From Porphyridium purpureum (Eukaryota): 64,000 nucleotides of DNA. Positions within the stretch are counted from its first letter, which is position 1. Every line of letters begins with the position of its first letter. The position numbers and the translations under genes are program-made. Positions 1-11,058 of this stretch are shown here, piece after piece. The stretch spans positions 124,001 to 188,000 of the forward strand of contig VRMN01000010.1 in assembly GCA_008690995.1 (NCBI GenBank), read 5' to 3'. The notes beneath the pieces were generated by a model that had not been told where the DNA came from, did no database searches, and saw only the letters and a list, made by a program, of their open reading frames with translations.

Positions 1-898
1 TCAGTTTTAGGAGGGCGCGCGTGGACTGTGGATAAAAGGGAGCGTCGGAATTTCTTCTCTAAGGGGTTTTCCTGCGCTACTTCCCTGCGTCTTCCCTTCT
101 TCGATAAGAGTGATTGAGTATAGGTGAGTGAATAAATTCATTTTAGGAGCCATTGCGATGTGTTCCTGTTCGGAAACCTCGCTCCGCTGATGGACAACCT
201 CCAATCCAACGACCAAGTTTATCAAGTTCTAAACGTATAACTTTTCCAACTCGCACTCCCTACCGAAGACCACCACGGTCGCGCTCAGCATCGAGCTTCG
301 CGTGCGGCTTATAAGCCAACGGACCCTTTCTCCTACGCTCCTACCGCCGGCCGACAACCGCAGCCACGTTTCCCCTCTCAAGTCACGTCCCTTATCAGTT
401 ATTAGCTTAACGGCTTAACGACTACAAGGTAACTGCTAACCGTTAACCGCCATGCTCCACGCATCTTAACAGTTCCTCTTGGCACGACGCCCATTGCGAA
501 TGACATTGTGACAGCTGGCCCCATCCTTCAAGCTAGATAAAGCAAACACGAGACGGTGTCGCAGCTGAATTAACAAGAAAACGGGAGAGCAGGAGGCTCA
601 TTAAATAGACCGCTCACGTCGTCTTCAACCGTTTTCCGACCCGCCGCTCTCCACGCGCCTCAGCACGCACGCGCACGCTCTGCGTGCACCTGCGACGCCG
701 CGCGCTAGAAGGTCACGCGACTGGCGACCACAGAACATGCGCGCGCGTCGATGCAGACGCGCGCAGACGCATTCTGAGCCTGCGCGCGTCTCCCATGCGA
801 GCTACGCAAACCGCAGGCGCAATGTGCCGTGGATAGAAACACGCCAATCGCCGTTTCCCGCCACGTTGCGGCAGTTTAGCCATCAGTTCGACACTGCC

Positions 899-1272
899 TG
901 TGAAACAGGATTATGAATGGGGGCATGAGCGTAGACGAATGCCACGGTGCGTATTGTCGCCTTACCGAGAGATGATGACTTTCCGATTCCAATGCCGCCT
1001 TTATACGTTAAAACCTATTCATCTCTGCCTCCCAGTCTAGACAAGCACCACGACAAAGACACGGGCACCTCTTGTATATCTCGGCCTCGCGAACCCGGAC
1101 CGAGGTGGGCTGAGGCTCACACAGCGCGCGCACGTGGTGGTCCACTACGCGTACCGGTCGTCACCTTGGCGCCCCCATTGGCGACGACCCCTCGAGTCAT
1201 TGCGGGTACAAGCGTGGCGCCCCCACGGGTCATCGTCGAGCTCGTCGCGAGGATTTCGAAGTACTCTTCACG
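899..1272. mobile_element. Solo LTR (family different from the copia next to it); its right end was the target of the copia insertion
   Basis: Begins TGTGAA at 899 after CTGCC. Ends TTCAC(G) at 1272; the duplicated target after the copia restores TTCACA followed by CTACC. This gives 6-bp inverted termini and a 4/5 TSD. It interrupts upstream sequence that is continuous in WD40 paralogs 2 and 3. Confidence 0.65.
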
Positions 1273-1273
1273 C

Positions 1274-1594
1274 TGTTGTATCCTTTCCTTCTGAGAGATG
1301 CAAGTGCGGGTTGTGCACGTGCCTTTAGGAACTCAACCCTGCCAAGACGAAAACTCAATTTCTTCAACAAATTCCGTTTGTTTAACTTCACATCTCTACC
1401 TAAAAGTATGAGCTGAAGCCTGCCAAACGACTCGCCATCCTGCTTTCATACTCTGCTCTCAGCCCACTCGAAACCGGGTCAAGTGCGTCGCACCACGCCC
1501 CTTCGCACTCGCAACCCCCTTTTCCGAAACAACCCCAAGGTTTCAAACCAAGCCGACAAAGCGAATCACCTCAAGCAAGGGTCGCGTTCAAACA
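1274..1594 (-). repeat. 3' LTR of copia element
   Basis: TGTTGTA...TTCAAACA, direct repeat of 5292-5612. Confidence 0.95.
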
Positions 1595-1605
1595 CTTCCC
1601 CTTTT
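1595..1605 (-). other. Polypurine tract of copia element
   Basis: AAAAGGGGAAG on minus strand immediately before the 3' LTR. Confidence 0.85.
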
Positions 1606-4600
1606 TAGACACCTTGCTTGACCTCTTGCTCAACATGGTCAAGTACTTTCCCAGTCTGTAAGAAGCGCGCTAATGACTTGTTGCTTTTCACCTTGGTAAG
1701 CGCGTCTGCTAGATTATCTTCACCCCTAATCCAGCAGATTCTTGCAATTTCTTGCCGCTGAAAAGCCTCTCTGATGACTGCTAAATCCAATGCGAGACGC
1801 TTCTCTGTAGTAACTCGGCTGGTCGTCACCGAATCAAAGATGCATTTGCTATCTGTGAATAAGTGCAGCTCCACTTGTTGTTTGAGGCTGTGCAACAAAG
1901 CTTTCACATATAATCCGGCATCCAACGCATCGCTTAGGGCCAGCACTTCTGCTCCTAAAACGCTCCTCACGATTCTGCGAGTCTTCTTTGATGTCCATAG
2001 AAGCGGCACGCCAGTCCCATTGTTATCGCACAAAATGACGCAATATCCAACCTGGGATGACAAGTCCTCATTGTTCCCGAACGCTGCGTCTGAATATACT
2101 CGGAGAGCAAGCTTGGTGCTCAAGTTGGGAACTAGCAGCTTAGTGTCGAGACCTACCACGTTTCGTGCCATCGATATCAAGTGGTTTGTTTTGTCCCTGT
2201 CAAATGTGCTCTCCGTAACTTGCATCAATTGTCCTGTGATATAAGTAGTAAGTGGGCTGGTGAGTGCGCTCAACCAAGCCCACTTGCCTCTGATCGTTTG
2301 GAGCTCTTTGTAGCTATTCACCTTTGTATCTTGGTCAAGCAACACCTTCAAGAATGCCTGTTGATCAATTTCCAGCATTCCACGAACAAGCCTCATAGAT
2401 TGGCCGGCAAATCGCAAAGGAGGGCCGTCGTCCACCAAGAACTCTCTTTCCTTCACGTCAAACCTGTTCTCAAATGTTTTCAAGACATCACTCAAGTGAT
2501 TTCCGCCTCCCGCAATAATATCGTCGACGTAAATACCGAGGAGTTCAGCTTCGCTGGTGATAAACGCGCAGGGATCGGTTCCTTGCACCAGATTTCGCTC
2601 TTGCAAATCATTCAGTACTGTTTTAGACCAGTATGTGGGTGCGTCCACCAATCCATACAAAGGTTTCACCAATTTCCAATATTTCATATCACCTTTTCGG
2701 TTGTACTCGGCAGGCGGCAAGACGTAAATGGCTCTGCTCAAATTCTCGCTTTGTAGAAAAGCTTGCTTAACGTCTTGCGTCCACAGCTGCAGCCGGCGGT
2801 GTCGCGCCAGTGCGAGTATTGCCCGCATGGTTACAAACTGTAGCGTGGGTGCTTCAGGAACTTGCTCGGCTTTGTCACGGTCTACATGACCCAGAATAGT
2901 AAGTCTTGCCTTCGGTGAGCCGTCAGCTTTGACAGTCAAAACCCATTTGGTGCGTAGCAGGTTAGCGTTTGAGGGCAGATGTGAGACGTCCTCAAAAACG
3001 TTCCTTGCGATCAAGCCTTGGAGCTCAGATGCTTTTGCTGCTTCAAATACTGTGTCCGACTCATCATTGAGGTAGTACAAGTCTGGTGTGGCGAGTCCAG
3101 ATGTTCGTTCACGAAACGGTCGAACAACTGCTACTGATAGCGTCATCTGTGTACTGTTTTTGTGGTCTCGTACCACAGCTATGTTACGGTCGTACTCAAT
3201 GCTCACCAGTGTCATGGGGCCTTCCCACAGTTTCCGTTTGAAACGATAGACCTTGACCAAGTCACCTGGTTTCATCGCAACCTCCATGGGGTACTTCCCG
3301 CTCAACGCGCGATGAAGTCTCTCCATCGCTACGAGACTCTCATATTCCGTTCTGATTGTTCGCATTACGTGCATTCTTGCGCGCTGATCCAAGGATGCCA
3401 TCATATCGGTGCCCAGGATAGTTCGTGGCGTTACTCCAAACACCAGCAACGTTGGTATAAAACCACTTGGATTCATCGTGTCGTTCAAAACTTTTACGCA
3501 CAGTTCGAGAAGCAGGCTGTCCGATAGAGCATCACTGCCTGGTTCAGCAGAGAGACGACTATGCACGCGTCTAAGCGGCCCATGTACTTGTTCTCCACGT
3601 CCGAGTTGCCAATGGGCTTCCACCCCAATAGGTACCACACTTATGCCATGAGACTGCGCGGTCGAGGTGAAACCCATACCGATAAACTCTGAGCCTTGGT
3701 CTACCCGGAGTTCGTGTGGTAATCCGCTCGTAGTGCATACCCATGTTGCAATGAAAGCATCCCATACTGTCTTGTTTGACTTGTCTTTCAAAAAAACTGC
3801 CCTTGTATATCCGGTGTGAACACAAACAGCCTGCAGAACTGGTTTGTTGTTCAGGTAGAACACATCCACTTCGTGGACTTCGTCATCGGCCGGAAGCTCT
3901 TCAACAAATCTCACATGCTCCTCTTCCTCATCACTTGCTTTTCCGCTTCCCGCTTCCTCGTCTTCGGCTTCTCCTGTTGCAAACATCTCTGTGAACCTGA
4001 TGTCATCTGCCTCGTCAGCGCGTGGGCACTCGCGAAACAGATGGTACATTGACTTGCACTTGAGACAACGTAAAGTTTTCCCGTCGCGTCCCTTTCTGTT
4101 CTTTCGCTTCGAGTACTTGTTCGTCGCAAAGAATGTATTGTTTGTTGGTTCATCTGCTGGCATGTTCACAATCCCTAAGCGGCAGCGCTGAACGAAGTGC
4201 TGCAGGCTATTCGGCGGGTCGTTCAATACATTGAATGCCCATGGCTGCCCTCTAACCGCTCCCTGGAGCGTGCTCACAAGCACTTCCTCCGCCTGCATTC
4301 CCTTAGGCAGCCGTCTCTGCAGCTTCTGTGCTTTCGCTATGAGCGCATTAAAAGCTTCGAGGGTTGAGCCGCCTATGCTGTCATCAAACCGGAGTGCCCT
4401 GAATTCGCTCATGCCCAATTGTTCGCCAGCGAGACCAAACAAACGGTTCTTCAGAACTGTGAAGACCTCCGTCGGTGAGATGTAGTCCGTTGCCTTCATT
4501 GCTGTTGTCCATATACGCAAAGCTTCCCCTCCTAACACCAGAAAAATACATTCGACCTGCGCCTCTCGCGGAGCTTGCACTACCCTGCACGCGTTCTGAT

Positions 4601-5246
4601 AAAACATCAACGTCTCCTCCGCGTCGTCGTTGTAATCCCCGGTGAAAAGCGGGGCCTTATGTAGCAACTTGCTAAGCGCGTCCGGCATTTTACCTGCAGT
4701 GTTGGCCAACGCCCCGACATGTGACCCTTGTGCGGACGCTGGTTCAGTCTGCGCCGTCTGCGCAGATGCTGTCCTGCCCTGCTGCCCAATGGAACGCCCA
4801 TACGTCACGAAGTCACTCCGGAATTGCTCACTCCGTGCCAGTGTTTCCAGCAGCTTATCGCGCAGGCTCAAATCCCCGGACTTGGAGACTGGCACACCAC
4901 GGGCTTCCTAAAACTGCTTGACTTCCTTTCGCTGGATAGGCGACATATTGTCAATGATTTCTGCCGTCATCAACTCTTTGTACTCTTCCTCCAGTTCATG
5001 ACCTTTCAGCCCTTGAAGGCTGTTTTTTATCTCCACCCAATGATGGTACAATTGGCTCATTGCCAGTGCGTTGCTACCTGCCGCAGCTGGTGTTGTACCA
5101 GAGCCCTGCACTGAGGACCGTCCAAATTCAGGCGCACCGCCACTCCCGCTCCCTGTGGCCGCTGCGGCGAATTCTTGTCCAGCCGTGTCATGCGTCGCCC
5201 TTGCTGCCATGGCTCGCGTCACACGTTCAGTCATACGGTCCGTCAT
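1605..5246 (-). pseudogene. copia gag-pol with one in-frame TAG (4908-4910), lacking protease and integrase HHCC
   Basis: ORFs 4908..5246 and 1605..4895 are in the same frame. Zinc knuckle CLKCKSMYHLFREC; integrase core DVFY...DQGSEF; RT DVKQAFLQ, KPLYGL, YVDD; RNase H YSDAAF, NLADALTK. Confidence 0.9.
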
Positions 5247-5291
5247 TGTCGTTCCGTACGCTCAATACCTTTCAAGCTCTTAATTCATGAA

Positions 5292-5612
5292 TGTTGTAGC
5301 CTTTCCTTCTGAGAGGTGCAAGTGCGGGTTGTGCACGTGCCTTTAGGAACTCAACCCTGTCAAGACGAAAACTCAATTTCTTCAACAAATTCCGTTTGTT
5401 TAACTTCACATCTCTACCTAAAAGTATGAGCTGAAGCCTGCCAAACGACTCGCCATCCTGCTTTCATACTCTGCTCTCAGCCCACTCGAAACCGGGTCAA
5501 GTGCGTCGCACCACGCCCCTTCGCACTCGCAACCCCCTTTTCCGAAACAACCCCAAGGTTTCAAACCAAGCCGCCAAGGCGAATCACCTCAAGCAAGGGT
5601 CGCGTTCAAACA
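5292..5612 (-). repeat. 5' LTR of copia element
   Basis: Direct repeat of 1274-1594. Confidence 0.95.
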
Positions 5613-5851
5613 CACACTACCTCCGGCGTTTCGGGTGGAATGGTCGAACGATTCCGAACGTGTGCGAGCATCGGCGGTGGTTGGATGCCGACATTCGTGA
5701 GTGGCATTCGGTTTCGCCGTACGCATCGGAGTGAGCGCGCGCTAGTGCGCGGGAGGGGCGGCGGTGGAGGTTGTGTGTAGACGGGCGGGTGTGCCGTGTC
5801 CGCGAAGGGCAGCGTGCGGGCGCGGCAACGCGCGTGAAAGAGTAAAGGGAC

Positions 5852-7984
5852 ATGGCAACCGCGCTGACTTTGGTGGGGCACTCAAATGTGGTGGCCGCGG
5901 TGGACTTTTCGCCGGATGGTCGGTTTATCGTGTCCGCGAGCAATGACAAAACAGTCAAGGTGTGGGACGCGCACACGGGTGTGCGCGTGCGCACCATAGA
6001 CGGGCACTCGGGTGTAGTGCGGGCAGTGCACTTTTCGCCCGATGGCCGGTTCATCGCGTCCGGCAGCGATCACAAGACGGTGAAGGTGTGGGACGCACAC
6101 ACCGGCGCATGCGTGTGCATATTGACGGATCACTCAGAGGCGATAACTGCGGTGCGCTTCTCACCCGATGGCCGTTTCATCGTGTCCGCCAGTTTGGACG
6201 AGACGGTCAAGGTGTGGGACGCACATACCGGCGCGTGCACTCGCACCATGAACGGACACTATGAATTGGTCTGGGCGGTTCATTTTTCGCCCGATTGCCG
6301 GTTTATTGCGTCCGGCAGCGAAGACAGAACGGTCAAGGTGTGGGACGTATACACCGGCGCGTGCATTCGCACCATCTTGGGGCATTCAGGTGTGGTGCGG
6401 ACGGTGCACTTTTCGCCCGATGGCAAGCGCATCGCTTCCGGCAGCGAAGACACGACGCTGAAGCTGTGGGACGCACATACCGGCTCATGTGTACGCACCA
6501 TGACGGCGCACTCAGGTGTGGTGCGGGCGGTTCATTTTTCGCCCGATGGCCGGTTCATCGCGTCCGGCAGCGAAGACCAAGCGGTCAAAGTATGGGACGC
6601 ACACACGGGCGCGTGCGTGCGAACCATCACGGGGCACTCAAATTCGGTACGTTCGGTGCGTTTTTCCCCTGATGGCCGATTCATCGCGTCCGGCAGTGTT
6701 GACAAAACGGTCAAGGTGTGGGACACAAGCGACCTAAAGTGTGGCCCCGAAGGAACGTCAGGTGACGCTAACGAGGAAAAATATTGCAAGGACTATTGGG
6801 AGGTCGCCGACTCGGATGGGAGCCAAGCGTTGGACGCTCAGGAGGCGCTGGCGTTCTTCTCGAAGGCGCGGCTGCCGATGTCGGTGCTGCATCGGATGTG
6901 GGATGCGATAGCAACAGCTCGCGGCAAGCGTGCGCTTACCTATGACGACTTTGTGCTCGCACTGCGGTGGGTTGCGCTGGCGCAGAACGGCGAGGAGGCG
7001 AGCCTCGCACGTGTGCAGCAAGGTTCGCTGTCACTGCGCGCCAAGATCGACGTACCCGGGTGGAACCCGTTCGACAGGGTCGCGCGCACGCTGTCGGAGA
7101 CTGCGCGACACGAGGAGTACTGGAAGATGGCCGACGCAGACGGAAGTGGGGAGGTGGACGTGCATGAAGCGGTAGCGTTTTTGTCCAAGTCTGGACTGCG
7201 GAACCGCGTGCTGAATGAGATCTGGGGCCTTGCAACCAGCCAAGGGATGTTTTCGTCGCTGGACACGGAGCGGTTCAAGACTGCGCTGCGTCTGGTAGCA
7301 ATGGCACAGAAGGAAATGAAGCTGGATGTGAAGGAGGCGGCAGGTGGCGAGATGGAACTGATTGCGGACTTCAAAATCAATGCCGCGAAGCCGGCACCGG
7401 AACCGATGCCAGAGCCGATGCCAGAGCCGATGCCAGAGCCGATGCCAGAGCCAATGTCGAAGCCGATGCCGAAGCCAGTACCGAAGCCGATGCCGAAGCC
7501 GGTGCCAGAGCCGGTGCCAGAGCCGGACACCGACTTGGAGAGGATGTTTGCGGAAACTGCGCTGGATGATCTGACATGTGAGCAGCTGGCTCGAGTGCTG
7601 GAAGAGGTCTTGGAGGTTAACGGGGCCTCGGTGAGGAATGTGAGGGAGCGCCGGGTGAGCGGTGAGGCACTGCACGACATGAGGGAGTTCCAGGAGTTTG
7701 TGCAGCTTTCATTCCCGGACAAGAAGAGAGTTGAAAAGTGGGTTGCGGGGCGGAAATCGTACGAAGGATTCGAGGAATACCTGTTTGGCGTGCTTGGTGG
7801 TGATTCGGAGCGCGCCGAGCGTGCGTGCGCTTTGCTTTTAGAGTCTCACGCTGTGTCGAACTTGGACGAGTGGTTGTGGTTTCGGAAGCAGCCTAGCAAG
7901 CGAACAAGTATGAGGACGATTGTGCGGCGCTTCCCGGAGCTCGGGACGTGGCCGGGCGGGCCGGACGCGGAAGATTGGACGTAG
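5852..7984 (+). CDS. WD40(x7)-EH-EH-Pro/Glu linker-SAM-like protein, array copy 1 (710 aa)
   Basis: Seven 42-aa GH...FSPDG...WD repeats. Two EH-like EF-hand units (ADSDGSQALD...LPMSVLHRMW...[12 protein letters not shown]). PEPM repeats. SAM-like [10 protein letters not shown]...VSGEALHDM. Confidence 0.9.
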   Translation: MATALTLVGHSNVVAAVDFSPDGRFIVSASNDKTVKVWDAHTGVRVRTIDGHSGVVRAVHFSPDGRFIASGSDHKTVKVWDAHTGACVCILTDHSEAITAVRFSPDGRFIVSASLDETVKVWDAHTGACTRTMNGHYELVWAVHFSPDCRFIASGSEDRTVKVWDVYTGACIRTILGHSGVVRTVHFSPDGKRIASGSEDTTLKLWDAHTGSCVRTMTAHSGVVRAVHFSPDGRFIASGSEDQAVKVWDAHTGACVRTITGHSNSVRSVRFSPDGRFIASGSVDKTVKVWDTSDLKCGPEGTSGDANEEKYCKDYWEVADSDGSQALDAQEALAFFSKARLPMSVLHRMWDAIATARGKRALTYDDFVLALRWVALAQNGEEASLARVQQGSLSLRAKIDVPGWNPFDRVARTLSETARHEEYWKMADADGSGEVDVHEAVAFLSKSGLRNRVLNEIWGLATSQGMFSSLDTERFKTALRLVAMAQKEMKLDVKEAAGGEMELIADFKINAAKPAPEPMPEPMPEPMPEPMPEPMSKPMPKPVPKPMPKPVPEPVPEPDTDLERMFAETALDDLTCEQLARVLEEVLEVNGASVRNVRERRVSGEALHDMREFQEFVQLSFPDKKRVEKWVAGRKSYEGFEEYLFGVLGGDSERAERACALLLESHAVSNLDEWLWFRKQPSKRTSMRTIVRRFPELGTWPGGPDAEDWT

Positions 7985-9297
7985 GCCGATGCTGGTGCCT
8001 TTGAGTTTTGATGCGGACGAACAGTGTCCCGGTGTCGCGCCGGTTGCTCGTCAGTGTGTACGTGGAGCGCACGCGCGGGTGCCACTGACTGAACAGACCT
8101 TGCGAACATCGACATGGTTGCTGCGCCTGGGACGGGCTATGTTTTCCGGCTGGAAGCGAGAATGTTGTTTTCTTTCTGCGGAACGCCTGGAGGCCGGGCC
8201 CGTGTAGCGTGCTGTGGAACGCTTGATTGGCGCTGGCTGGTGTATCCAAGCACATTTGCGCGTTTCGGGCGTCAACGCCTGCACGGGCTGCGCTCTGCTA
8301 GCCACGCGCCAAGTTCATCCCGGTGCTGTATGAAAGGATCCTCCTGCCTGTGCGCTGACGCAACGATTACAGAACGAGGATTGAGACCAGTGGCTCAGCG
8401 CGAATGTGCGCCGAAAATCAGCAAGACCCGCTGGTTCGAATGCTGTCTGCCAGATGGGCGCGAGTCTGCGCATGTTGTGTGCTCCGCGTGACAGTCTCAT
8501 GCGAACCCTTCAAATGGCATTTCCATAAAAATGGCTGGGGACATTTTTGGTGTCGTGCGCAAGCTCTTTGCAAATACCACGCGCACGGACACATTCCTCG
8601 AGCAACTTTGGTACTCAGCATGTACGCCGTGCCCGCGATACGAACACGCTTTCTCACTGCGCTATGCCTACCTACGCACACCATGCCCATGAATCCGTTG
8701 GCCGCTCGCCGTGACCGCTCCATCTGACGCTTGCGCACAGGTTTTCACTCATCGGAATCCTCGTGAATACGATCGTGCGACTCGCACTCGGCTCCATCAC
8801 AATTCTCGCAATACTTCTGCCCATGACAACTCCGTCAACAGATGTTGTTGAAGACGGCTTCCCACTCCTCTCCGCGTACTGTAAAATCCGGTCGTGTCCT
8901 CTCTCTCGACGGATGAAAGAGCTGAGCCTGGACGCTTGCGCGGGGAGGTCCTGAGCTCGCGTGCACTGCACGGTAGGCTACTTCACGTAGATTACCTCTA
9001 GGAAAAGTTCCGTTGTTCAATCAGCCTTACCTTTTATTGTGGATTGAGAAACTCGGAGAAGTTGGTAGATGGTTGATCATATAGGCACCCCTCGGCTCGC
9101 AAAAGCCCGCCTGGACTCAAAAACTGCGTCGAGCGCATCAATCACAACCCCTCAAGTATTGAGGAATCGCACCTTATCACAATGACCGGCCTCGCAAGCA
9201 ATGACGACTATCTCCGAAAACCTGAAGTGCGCCCATTTGCCCAAACCATGCCACACTCAAAATTCATTGCTCTTGTCTCACTGCGTACTTAGCAGCA

Positions 9298-10669
9298 CAG
9301 TCCTTCGCCAGTAAATGCGTCTCAGACAATTAGCACGCTGCAAAATTTGTCCATTTTCATAGTAAATTATGAAAGTTTACTATGAAGACGTGTTTCGGAG
9401 GGGGAAACACGATGCTCAAACAAATAGGACACAAGCGTTTTGGCGCGCCCGGCGGCGGCCAGTCGACAAGAAGAGGGCGATTTCGGGCGGGAAATGGGGC
9501 GCGCGGGTGCGTTGACCGAGGCGGAGAAGCGTGCCATCTGGGGATGGCGCGCGGCGGGGCTCAAGCTGTCCGATATAGCCACACGCGCGGATCGGTCCAG
9601 AAAAGCCGTAAAAAGCTTTCTGGACCAGCCCGACGCGACCCCAGGCTACGTCGGCAACCAGAATACCCGTAAATTCACAGGACCCGCTCAAACGCGTGTT
9701 CTGAATAAACTTAGAGCGGCTCCTAGGAGCCCTCTAAAGGCTCTCACAATGCAGGTCAATACCGGCAGGTCCCAAAGGAAGCCGGTAAGCCGTGAGACAG
9801 TGAGGCGCAATATGGCTGATGATCTGTCCTTTCGGCGTGCCATCGTGAGGCAGCCTCTTTCCCGTGAGAATCGGCTGCGTCGCGTGGCATTTGCCATGCA
9901 AAATCTGAACAAAATTGAAGAGCATAAGAAAGTCATCTTTACGGATGAAAAGAAGTTCAATTTAGATGGCCCTGATGGGTATTCTGGTCAGTGGGTCCGG
10001 ACAGGAGAGTTCCCGGATCGAGTCCGTCGTCATACGGGCGGCGGAAGTGTGATGTTTTGGATGGCAATTTCTTCCGCCGGGAAGATGGCGCTCCTGAAGA
10101 CCCCAGCAAGGATCACTTCAGAAAACTATGTGGCCATGCTGGAGTCCTCTCGAGTGGCGACCATCGTCAGTGAAACCCATCCAGAAGGATGGACATTCAT
10201 GCAGGACAATGCCCCTGCTCATGTGGCGCGGAATACAAAGTCCTTCTTCGCGCGCGAAGGATGGCATGTAATGGATTGGCCAGCGTACTCGCCAGACCTG
10301 AATCCGGTGGAGAACGTGTGGAGCATTATGTCGCGCCGAATGTACGCCGGAAACAGGCAGTATGAGTCTCTCTCGGAGCTGGAGGCTGAAATCATGGAAG
10401 TGTGGGCGTCGATCACGAACGCAGAGGTCGGGAGCCTTGTGACGGGGTGGAATGCACGTCTACACCGGTGCGTGAACATGGAGGGCGCGAACGTCCAGAA
10501 CGTTTAGTTCCTAGATCTCCATATAGTCTCTCTTTGTCCATTGAGCTATTTGATCGAGCATCCTGTTTCCCTCGCCATAACAGGTCTTCATAATAAAAAT
10601 TCATAATTCACTGAAGAAGAACAAACTTTGCAGTTTGCTGATTGTTTGAGACGCACTTTACACGCACGG
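9298..10669 (+). mobile_element. Tc1/mariner DNA transposon with long imperfect TIRs
   Basis: ~130-bp imperfect inverted repeats: GTAAATGCGTCTCAGACAATTAGCACGCTGCAAAATTTG at ~9311 versus the reverse complement at ~10620-10660. TA at 10670-10671. Left boundary approximate. Confidence 0.85.
9494..10507 (+). CDS. Tc1-family DD34E transposase, intact (337 aa from ATG)
   Basis: FTDEKKF, QDNAPAH, WPAYSPDLNPVENVW; 34 residues between the second D and the E; N-terminal HTH region. Confidence 0.93.
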   Translation: MGRAGALTEAEKRAIWGWRAAGLKLSDIATRADRSRKAVKSFLDQPDATPGYVGNQNTRKFTGPAQTRVLNKLRAAPRSPLKALTMQVNTGRSQRKPVSRETVRRNMADDLSFRRAIVRQPLSRENRLRRVAFAMQNLNKIEEHKKVIFTDEKKFNLDGPDGYSGQWVRTGEFPDRVRRHTGGGSVMFWMAISSAGKMALLKTPARITSENYVAMLESSRVATIVSETHPEGWTFMQDNAPAHVARNTKSFFAREGWHVMDWPAYSPDLNPVENVWSIMSRRMYAGNRQYESLSELEAEIMEVWASITNAEVGSLVTGWNARLHRCVNMEGANVQNV

Positions 10670-10751
10670 TACTCACCTCCTCCTCTTCTTCCTTGCTGCC
10701 AAAGGACCGTCGTGCAGCTACCTAACAACTTGCCGGCTCTTATTCCCTCAA

Positions 10752-11058
10752 TGTTATCCGTTCGACCCCAGTCACCTAGAACGGTTCGGTTAATCCAAAA
10801 CCGGTAAGCCGTTAAACCGGTAGACCGTTTAACCGTTTCTAAAAGCTTCTAGAGGTTCCAGAACCTTCGAGACGCGCGCAGAAATGCCAATGATTTGCAT
10901 TGTCATTTCTCTTGGCGCCTTGCTGTCCCTGGCGGAAGTAAGGGTATAAAAAGGCGACGCGCCTGCTCGGACTAGCCGGTCAGGTCTTGCTCGGAGAGAG
11001 AAGAGGTAGGAAGAAGAGACCGACAGTAAAAAAACACTCAGATACACAGCTGATAACA
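10752..11058. mobile_element. LTR copy (same family as 22924-23216 and 23297-23609) without matching TSD
   Basis: TGTTATCCGTTCGACCCC...TGATAACA, with TATAAAA inside. Flanks CTCAA/ATTGA do not match. Confidence 0.75.

Larger units (their letters stand above)
1274..5612 (-). mobile_element. Ty1/copia LTR retrotransposon, internally deleted, probably non-autonomous
   Basis: Two 321-bp TG...CA LTRs (1274-1594, 5292-5612) with about 5 substitutions by eye. Flanks are CACGC/CACAC (4/5 TSD). PPT present. Domain order gag-INT-RT-RNaseH. Confidence 0.95.

Noticed and set aside
4908..4910. Programmed gag-pol readthrough
   Set aside because: The stop lies early within gag and the context TAG-GAA-GCC is not a known readthrough motif; a nonsense mutation is simpler
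5870..6730. 126-bp periodic repeats as a CRISPR-like or non-coding array
   Set aside because: They are in-frame WD40 coding units with no repeat-spacer structure
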